Of a stretch of DNA of 64,000 bases, positions 54,871-64,000 are shown piece after piece. The stretch is from NCBI RefSeq assembly GCF_009914755.1, contig NC_060941.1, one strand, 5' to 3'. Source of the stretch: the human T2T-CHM13v2.0 reference genome, Homo sapiens. The notes below the pieces were generated by a model. That model saw only the letters and a program-made list of their open reading frames with translations. It was not told where the DNA came from and did not search any database. The position numbers and the translations under genes were made by a program. The first letter of the stretch is position 1. The number at the start of each line of letters is the position of its first letter.

Positions 54871-55429
54871 GGTAAAGCCCCATGATCAGCACGGGAGGGG
54901 GCACAGGGAGCTGTGGTGATCTGGGGACACTGCAGGCTGCTGGGGGCTGCCTTGGACCTTGAAGGAGAGACAGGTTGGAGGCAGTAGCAGTTGTGGAGGC
55001 CAGGATGTCACAGGGCAGGAGTGGGGCTGGAAAGGGCAGAGGGGGGAGGCCCCCAGCCCCTGCCTAGGCTGCTTTTATTCTGTAAAGAGGTTTTTACTCT
55101 AGACCTTCCATTTTCCTGGAAGTGAAGGTCTGACATGCATTGATCCAGAAGGTAAAAACCGAAGGATGGGTGAACAGGCACACTCTTCCTCACTTCATTT
55201 AACTGGAATCAAAGCAACAGGGAAGTGGAGGTGGGGTGGGAGTTGGGGAGAGGGGTGGGGGTGGGAGAAGGGCTTTCCCAGGCAGGCAAGTTCCTGATGG
55301 GTGGGGAGTGGATAGGGAGCAGCAGGTGGCACGGGGTTTCTGTGACCGGGACCTGTGATCCTCTTGCCTTTGGGCAGCCAGTGGGTCCACAAGCCATCCA
55401 AGGGCAAAGTTTGTGCTTTTAGAAATTTC

Positions 55430-56320
55430 TTTCCGAGGAAGCGATTAGCCAGCCAGACCTGTTGTCCTTTTGCAAGCAGCAAATTACCCAGGAAAATGTA
55501 ATTACCCATTTGCTTTGTTATTAGTGCACAGCTAAGAAGATTGAAGCAATCGCCCCTTTCATGGTATTTCAAAGCTTACTCACACGATGCATCCCTGATA
55601 TTAAACACAATGAGACTTTTTTGAATTCAATTAAGCATTTGCCTACTGTGACTCTTTATTCATTGCAAATTGTCTCAGTAAATAATCTTCATCAAAAGTC
55701 AGAACCAATCCCCATTAGTTGTTTAGATTAATTAATGGGTCCCCCTGGAGCCACCCAAATCAATTCAATTTGAACGTCAACAACTTGGCGATGGAGTTTC
55801 CCAGGTTGGCATTAAGACAATATTAAACCTGCAATAAGTCACATTTAAAATGTTAATTCAGAGAAGCTCTCCATTTAGAGCATTTAATTAAATCCTTAAA
55901 TAAACTGCCTGGGCTCAGTACCAGATGGTTCTGCGTTTTCATGGCAGCACAAAACCTTGAAGTCATTGTGGGAAGTAATATCGGAGGCGCGGTGAAGACA
56001 ACCAGGATATATAGAGTAATAAAATCTAATCTCGTTTCCAGCGGGGAGATTCAGTGTATGTACACAACCCGGGCTCAAATTGTAAGTTAATTACATTAAC
56101 CCCAGTGTACTCCAGGATCTGAGCAGCCAGAGATGAAATTAGTCTTTTTCCTATCATAAGATTCTTTTCAACTTCACTATATTAATTTTTAGCCAAATAC
56201 TCACTCATAAGGAAAATTGAAGTTAATGTAACCAAAGATAAAGTAAGGCAGCCTTAATATTCTGAAGGGATTATGGAGACCCGTGAAAATATACTCTGCA
56301 AATATCATCGACGTGGAGTG
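55430..56320. promoter_or_regulatory. Putative developmental enhancer / conserved-noncoding-like block
   Basis: ~900 bp repeat-free, AT-rich, >20 TAAT/ATTA cores (ttagattaattaatggg, catttaattaaatcc, aatctaatc, gttaattacattaa) plus aatcaat. Confidence 0.55.
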
Positions 56321-57717
56321 GATTTATGGAGTTGGGCGGGGGAGAAGAAATGAAGACGCCAAGAAGACCCTCGTCTCTGCCCATTTTCCCCCCTGCCAGC
56401 CTAGGGTTAATAAAGGACCTAATCTAGGAAATGTAGTCCTTGGAGCAAACAGCCTCCCAAGGGTGGTGGAGGGTGCTGGGGGAGGAGACAGATGGCCTCT
56501 GAGAGCAGTTAGGCCTTCATGTCAGGGGCAGGTGAGGGGCCCAAGTGTCCCCTGGCAGCAGGATTACCTCTGTCCGCCCCCTGGGTGGCCCAGAAATCTC
56601 CATGGTTCAGCCTCTTAATCTCCCTACTCTGAGGAGACAAGTCACACTTCTCGGTCTTTCCCTTGGGATGTCAAGAGGGACCACTGGCTCCTCTGTCTGC
56701 CAACCCGGAGACCCTCAGGTAGCACCCTTAGTTACTGCAGTGGTCCCGTGGTGACTGAAGATCTAACGCAAATTTCTTTTAAAACAGCTTCCTCCAAAAG
56801 TCTATCAATTCTCCAACAACTAAGAAAAACTACACATCACCCATTCAGTCTTGGGAGCCTGCATTCCCAAGGGGCTGTGTCTCCCACTGCAGTCCCATCA
56901 CCCTGCCATCTGGGGAAAGAAAGCAAACCGAAAACCTTGTGAGTTTGTCTCAAAAGCATTTTTCTGCTCTGATCATTCCAAGTGAAGCAGTAGGAACCGA
57001 ATTTCTGACAACCTCCTCCTAGGAAACGACTCTGTCGTGACCCGGCACTCACCTTCACTTGACCTTCTGTGATCCTAGCCCTCTGCCCGATGCTTGGTGC
57101 CATCTTACCCTCCCAAACTGGAATATCCCGAACCCCTTTGGGCCCTCCTCCTCCATTCTGGTCTTTGGTCTGAGAGAAACCATCACAGCCTCAGGGACCT
57201 GATTCTGCCGGGCCTCTGGGCTACTGAGAGTCCACTTAGCTTCCTTTTCTGTCCCGAATGTCACTGTTGTGCTTGTCACTTAAGGGTCCCCACACTGAGG
57301 TGGCTCATAGGTTTCATCTGAATGCCAACTGCAATTGATTGGTAGTGGTTGTTCACAGTGTTAAGAAGGATTCTGAGCCTGAATCCAGTCTCCAAGAGGA
57401 AAAGAACACTGCAGATATTAGCAATACATTTCAAGTGTGTGTGTGTGTGTTTACACTATGAATACTTTCCAATGTTTTTAAATGAAAACATGTTAATGGC
57501 TATACCATCATTTATTTTAATTCCATTTCTTGTTTTTGCCTTTTTTTTCCCCTTCACTACTAAGGGTAAATGACACATCTTTGTACACGAACCTTTGAAT
57601 GTCTGACCCTTTGTTCAGGTAAACTCCTAGAAAGGGAAGCACTAGACCAAAGATTGCAAACAAAGACCAAGTTATTTAAAAGTTGAGCTCTTTATTATGA
57701 CCATATATTCCCACACA

Positions 57718-58019
57718 TGTGAGTGCCAGGATGTTTATTTCAAGAAAAAATTAATACAGCCTAAGTTACAAATATTAACAGGCAGGGTGGCTCCCACCAG
57801 GCACCTGGCAAAACCTCAGCCCAGAGGGGCGAGAGGAGCTGATTCTGGGTTCATTCTGGAACGGCGGGGGTGGCCCTGTTTGCAGGTCCCTCTTGGGGTC
57901 CATGCTGTGCCTGGGTTCACTTTGGCCTGAAATGAAATGACCAATTCTTTGCAGTGGGGCGTGGACAGTTAGGATGCTCAATCATCTCCTCAGCTCGAAC
58001 TGTTCAAAGTGCAGACTTT
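57718..58019 (+). repeat. Left arm of a ~300-bp inverted duplication
   Basis: Core 57791-58019 is the reverse complement of 59556-59782 (~83% by hand alignment). Confidence 0.92.
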
Positions 58020-58149
58020 GAGCAGAGCACAGACATTCCTAATTATTCAAATTAAGAGATCACACATGAGAGCAAGATTTAAAGCAGTTTAAGTAGGGGA
58101 TTATTGTGTTCTCTGTCAGTATCTTCATTTTCATAATTCCTAGTCATAG

Positions 58150-58290
58150 AATCAAAGACATTAGAGCTGGAAAGAAAACAGGAAACAGGAGGTTGAATCC
58201 AGCTGTCTTGATGGACAGAGGAAATGAGGTGCTCAGAGAAGGTAAGTGGTTTAACCAAGCCACACAGCCAGTTCGTGGCAGGCCAAATCC
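58150..58290. mobile_element. MIR SINE
   Basis: acagaggaaatgaggtgctcagagaaggtaagtggtttaaccaagccacacagccagt. Confidence 0.65.
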
Positions 58291-58616
58291 TGTTTCAGTG
58301 GTCTTACCACCACAGCTCACTTCCAGCCACCCCTGCTTACACATACTCACCTCCCTGGGGCTCTGCTGGTCCCTGGGCTTCACACTCAGTGAGTCCAGAG
58401 CCCTCCCTTCTCCGTACACTTTTGGCTGTGGCTACCTCACTGCCTATTCTGAAGCTTAGAGCAATGTTCTTGTGATTTTTTCTGCAGCGCATGTCTATTG
58501 CAATTGCCTCCACATGTCTCTCATTTTGCTCTTCCGCCTAGTTCCACGTGGCAAAAGTGAGAAGAGATCAATACTGGTTATGCTGTGTCTACATCCATAT
58601 GGTATGCTCGCTCTAC

Positions 58617-58930
<314 letters not shown>

Positions 58931-59555
58931 TAAGGGAGATAATAAAACAGGCATTGCCTGTGTTTGCTTTGAGTTAGTTTTGCAGAGAGCACCACCTTCT
59001 TGCCCCACGTGAAAGGAAATTGCAGGCCCTTTGCAACAGCAGCCGAACTCCGACCTCAGCTGCAGTAACTAAGATGCCCTTGTCTGCCAGAAACACTTTC
59101 CTGAGTGAGCCAGTTGTTCTGGAAAGAGGGCAGCAAAGGGACTGAGCAGGGAAGGAGGGGATGAAAACCCCGGCTCAAGGCTGGGAAGGAAGGAGAGTCT
59201 GTGCTTGGTGGATGGGGTGGGAACAGCTGGAGGGTGAGATGCAGGAATGCCCATGGAGCACTCACCTCTTGCAAGGTGGGGAGACACTAGTGGAAGGCAA
59301 AAGGGGGTTATTCTTGTACCGCCCAAATCCAGGACATCTGTAGAAACTGCTCGTGTCTGTGGGTCAGGACTGATGCCAGGAGAGCACCCACGAAAAGTAG
59401 AGAAGCTGGGTTCTTGGGCAGCGGGAGGTGGGTCTGTGGTCGGTGTGCCCTATGAGGGGCCAGCCTGTTACCTCCTAGCATTGCACAGGGCTGTGCAGTG
59501 GGGCGTCAGGCACAGTGAGAGCCCAGTTGCAGAATTATCATTGATACAGACACCA

Positions 59556-59873
59556 AAAGTCTGCACTTCGAGCAGTTCGAGATGACAAGATTGAGCGTCC
59601 TTACCATCCATGCCCCAATGCAAAGAATTGGTCATTCCATTTCAGGTCAAAGTGAACCCAGGCACAGTGTGGCCCCCAGAGGGGGACCAGCAAACAGGGC
59701 TACCCTGGCTGCTCCAGGAGGAACTCAGAAACAGCTTCTCTCATCCCACTGGGCCAAGGTTTTGCCAGGTGCCTGGTGGGAGAGGAGCTCGAGTTGCCAG
59801 CAGAGCCCCCTGTCTGTCATCTCTGTGTTGGGCTGTACTAACTTTCTCCTAAAATGCACAGCCCAGCACACCA
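59556..59873 (-). repeat. Right arm of a ~300-bp inverted duplication
   Basis: Its reverse complement aligns to 57718-58019 with one ~22-bp indel. Confidence 0.92.
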
Positions 59874-61916
59874 CGGCTGGCTCTCTAGGCTGTCAGGACA
59901 TTTGATTCCGACACGGCTCCCCTGGGCGGCCCTGCCAAGGCTCCGTCTCTGCTTGAAGGTGGTAACTGTTCCCCTGCTACCTCGTCTTCTCCAGTGAGAC
60001 GCATTCCCTGCAGGAACAGTCGTGCCTTCCGCAGCCTGCACCTTCATCCATAGCCAGGGAAGCTGCACAGGGCCCGCCCTTCCTGGGCCACATCGACCCC
60101 TCAGCTTGCAGCCTGTGCAGTGTCAGTGCGACAATCACACTATCTTGCAGCCAGCAAGCGCCGGGCTGGGAAACCCAGGTACCTGCAAATCAGATGCTTC
60201 CCAAGGACAGGCAGGCAGCTATGATGGAAGAGGAAAAGGGAGGGGCCGTCCTACCAAGACACAGCAGCCCTGAGACCCACCGCAGTAACCACGGGCCTGA
60301 ACCACCATGGAGATGGGGAGGTGCCTTATTATCCTTCTCGCCCTCTCTGGGGTGGTCCTCATGACCTCAGCCTGGCTATCTCATAAGCCAGCAGTATTTG
60401 GGTCAGCTACAAGAGAGGCCAGAGGCATAGGTGTTTTGATTTGTGCATTTTGTTTTGTTTTGGAAGTACAGAAATGGCATGAGCCTTGAACATTTTTCTC
60501 TCCTCCTTTCTCAAAGAGAACAGTAAAAGCATTCATCGCGTGGCCGGCTGAGGCTTGAGCTTGCTGGAGAAGTGAGGTTTCTAAAGAGCTCTGCCCCACT
60601 GACACCTCAAGCTGCCCTGACTGCTCCTCCCTGAGCTGAGAGGTGCCATCAGCTGTCAGACCTGGCCTCAGGGTAACAGGCAACGAAGGCACAGGTGAGC
60701 AGTTGGTAGGGACCACAGAATAAAACGCTGCATGATTTTTATGAATTTAGCCTCCATTCCGTTTTTTCCTGCCTGCCCGGAGAGCAGGGCCACGCTCTCC
60801 TCTGAGCAAGAATCAGGGGCGATGGTGGGCTTTGCGGAGAGCCCTGAAAGCTTCCTGGCGGGGATTGTCACCCGAGGTGGGATAGCTTTTGCTTTGGAGC
60901 AGTGGTGGGGTGTGTACTTGCTGGGGGCAAACTTGCCTAGAGTCGCTAGCTAGGATCACTCCTCCCTGTTCTCACTTTTCCTCCGCCCTGCCATGCTTTC
61001 TGTTTTGTTGCGCCCTGGGCCAGCTGCGTCCTGGTCCCAGGTAGGAATGTGTTGCTCTCATTCCCTGTGGAGTGTGATTCTCTGGGCGGCAGTGCCACTA
61101 CTCTGTAGGATGCACCATCCAGGATGGCTCTTGGATCTTCTCTGCCTGGCTGTTCCCCAGCCAGAGGCTGCTTTATCCCCAAGGTGGGCACTGCAATGAG
61201 GATCCCCAGCCTGAAGCAGCCTCCAGAGCTGAGTCAGTCAACAGATGTTAACTGGGCACCTTGGGGTTCCCTCCTGGCGATGGAATAAACAGAGGGCCTG
61301 GCCGCCGCCTCTCTGGGGCCTCCAGCTGGGGGTGTCTGCTGATTGCAGGTGGAGTTCCAGCTCCAGCCCATGGACAGCACCTCAGGCCCCTGCCACGCAG
61401 CTAGCCCAGCGGCATAGGTCAGAGGCAAGTGAGTCTTGTCTGAGGGCACATCCTGGCATCAAAGGCTCTGACCTGGAAGGGGCTGCAGGGGATGTGGCTG
61501 CCCAGTGGCAGGATGGGGCTGAGGCAGATTTTGGGAACAGGAGAGAGTCACAGAGTCTCTTGGGCATGACTGAAGGCAGAAGGTACCAAAGACGAGCTTT
61601 TGCCTCCAGGAGAGGTGGGGACCCACGGAAGCGGCACTGAGCCAGGAGCAGGGGCAGTGAGCAACTCATAGGCCTGGTCCATCTGATGGCCTCTGGCAGC
61701 AGTTGTCTGTGCTGGCCCAGATGGTCACAGGGAGGATTCCACACAGGGTGCTTTGAAGGTTCCCCTCCCATTGTTCAGAGGAAGCCCCTGCACCGGACCA
61801 ATGAGAACACAAGGCCCTGAGAGGGAAATTGAGGACCCTGCTGGGTCCACAGCCTGGAGCTTTTCAACCCACATTCTGTGTTTTTTCCTCTATAACTCTC
61901 TCTCTCTCTTTCTATA

Positions 61917-61932
<16 letters not shown>

Positions 61933-61950
<18 letters not shown>

Positions 61951-62187
61951 TGAGACAGAGTCTCACTCTGACGCAGACTGGAATGCAGCAATCTCAGCTC
62001 ACTGCAACCTCCGCCTCCTGGGTTCAAGTGATTCTCTTGCCTCAGTCTCCTGAGTGGCTGGGACTACAGGCCCGTGCCACCACGCCCGGCTAATTTTTGT
62101 ATTTTTAGTAGAGATGGGGTTTCACCATGTTGGCCAGGATGGTCTTGATCTCTTGACCTCGTGATCTGCCCACCTTGGCCTCCCAAA
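61933..62187 (-). mobile_element. Alu lacking ~35 nt of its 5' end, flanked by (TA)n-Tn and An-(TA)n
   Basis: Alu consensus ends at ggcctcccaaa and runs directly into A25(TA)15. Confidence 0.9.
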
Positions 62188-62191
62188 AAAA

Positions 62192-62241
<50 letters not shown>

Positions 62242-63099
62242 AAATTTCTTTACATGGTTTTAATGAAGTTAGCATAGGTTCTGTGTTTTCCCTGGCTGCT
62301 GGGAGATTGGGACAGTGTCTTCTGTGGGAGAGGATATGAGATGATGGTGGGCTGTGCACAGTCCTGGGATGAGCCAGCCTTTCAGGACGGCCCTGATGGA
62401 AGCTTCTGGCTAGGGTTTCTCACCCCACTCTGGGATCACTTCTGTTGCTACTGCTCAGAGCAGAGTAGGCTATGCTTCTTAAGGGACTGCACCTGCTGGG
62501 CAAAAGTTCTTTCCCCCCCCCCCCAAGAAGGGTGCCCCCCGACACTGCCCACCAAACAGGGACAGGATTCCCTTTTTAGAGCACAAAGGATCTCTGACAA
62601 CATGGCGTGGCCTGTACCCGTTTGAGGTTTACGCCACCAGCCTGGTCCCTAGAGGCAAACTCTGCTGGAATCTGGGGTGTTGTCCCCCTGCAGTGGTGTC
62701 AGAGACGCAGTGGCCCTGGGTCTCCACCAGCAAGGAAGACTAACCCTCAGGAAAGGTTGTGCTTGATTGTGCCTTTTCAAATCAGCATTGTGTTTCATTA
62801 AAATAACAGAAATACTGAATAAGCAGTGATCACCTATAGTCACTTACCGATGTTAGGAGGCAGCTAGGATTTCAGGAATGTCCCTCTTAGACACAGGCTG
62901 GTGCTGCCTTGCTCTCTTATGAACTGCCTTTTCAGTTGAGCTCAGATCTGGTGGGAGAAAAAAACCATAATGAGCTTTTGAATTAGACCAAGCCTGACTT
63001 TTGGCCCTGGCTCTGTCCAGCTCTTGCAGAGGGACTCTGTGAAAAGGTGCATTAGACACTGCCAGCACATGGCAGGGACTTGTAGTAATCAGGAGTCCT

Positions 63100-63330
63100 T
63101 TTCTAAGTGACCAAAATCCCAAATTCAAATAAAGAAGAGGAAAATTCATTGGCTACAACAGCTTCAGGTATGGCTGGATCCAGGTGCTCCAACAATATGG
63201 TCAGGATCCAGTGTCTCTCTGTCTCTTGCTGGTCTCCTGTGTGTTCACATAATTCCCAGGTGAGCTGTTTTTCCATGGTGGAAGCTCCACACTTTTGTCT
63301 CACCAACTTTAAGACCACCTGAAAGCCAGC
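63100..63330. mobile_element. MLT1J/K-like LTR fragment
   Basis: attcattggct...gcttcaggtatggctggatccaggtgctc.aac.at.tggtcagga. Confidence 0.55.
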
Positions 63331-63399
63331 TATGCTTTCCCAACAGGCTGTTGGAGAGACTGGAGCCAATCACAGCACATGCTGAATGGAGGGCTCATA

Positions 63400-63960
63400 T
63401 TCGGGCAGGCAGCTGAGGGGAAGGTACAGCAGACACTTTCTGGGCCCATGGCCTCTTACCCCTGTGAGTTCAGGTGTGGCTGTGTGGGTAGGTCCCATCT
63501 TTCCTCCTGTCTTCTGACTCAGGGCTTTTTCCATAGCTAAGGGCAGGGTAAGCTTGGGAGATACCATGCCCTGGGACAACCGTCTGCCAATGCGGGACAA
63601 TAGTCTGCGCCCATGGAGGGACAACTCAGAGGCAGATCCCACGGATTTTTCAGAGGGCTCCTGGTGGGTCTGAGCCCCTGTTGCCCGCACCGATCACCAG
63701 CCCAGTGTCATCCTCCCATTGACCACGCTGATCACCAGCCCAGTATCATCCTCACAATTGGCCACGCTGATCACCAGCCCAGTGGCATCCTCGCAATTGG
63801 CCACGCTGATCACCAGCCCAGTGACATCCTCACATTGGCTTTCTCCCCACCCGGATCTCACTGCCCTGCCCCTCACTCCAGCTTCCTGGAGTCACCTCCC
63901 ACCTACACTACCTGCACCCAAGGCCTTGTCTCAGGCTCTGTTTTGGGGGAACCCCGAAAG
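63400..63960. mobile_element. LTR16-like LTR containing a minisatellite
   Basis: gggacaactcagaggca...cttcctgg.gtcacctccca..tacactacctgcacccaag.ccttgtctcaggctctg.tttgggggaaccc. Confidence 0.6.
63692..63840. repeat. 38-39-bp minisatellite, ~4 copies
   Basis: gatcaccagcccagt..catcctc.caattggccacgct; starts at 63692, 63730, 63769 and 63808. Confidence 0.95.
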
Positions 63961-64000
63961 GCAGAGAGGTCAACCTCACCTGAAGCAGGTGAATTGAGAG

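Overview
This is primate (very likely human) non-coding genomic DNA, and I could not identify the locus from sequence alone. It is dense in interspersed repeats: about 35 Alu loci (roughly 24 on the minus strand, 11 on the plus), decayed L1s (mostly minus strand), MIR/L2, MaLR/ERVL LTRs (MLT1, MST, MER21, LTR16) and hAT DNA transposons (MER113, MER103C, MER20, MER5A, MER63). Repeat names come from recalled consensus sequences, not from a database search. I found no recognisable protein-coding exon, RNA gene or CRISPR array. The supplied ORFs are Alu/L1 relics, a minisatellite, or chance ORFs. Repeat-free, TAAT-rich blocks (about 7.0-7.7, 19.3-19.7, 24.5-24.9, 34.5-35.4 and 55.4-56.3 kb) look like developmental enhancers. 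With the antisense L1 bias, this suggests a large intron read on the + strand (inference). The most unusual structures are: (1) a ~300-bp inverted duplication with no recognisable TE origin (57.7-58.0 kb vs 59.55-59.87 kb, ~83% identity in the core, 1.5-kb spacer); (2) a 53-bp x ~21 VNTR with a 159-bp higher-order unit, helically phased E-boxes and an almost stop-free minus strand; (3) a composite AluY that appears to have captured a copy of an AluJ lying 3.8 kb away; (4) an Alu bracketed by mirror-image (TA)n-Tn / An-(TA)n tails. None of these is proven functional.
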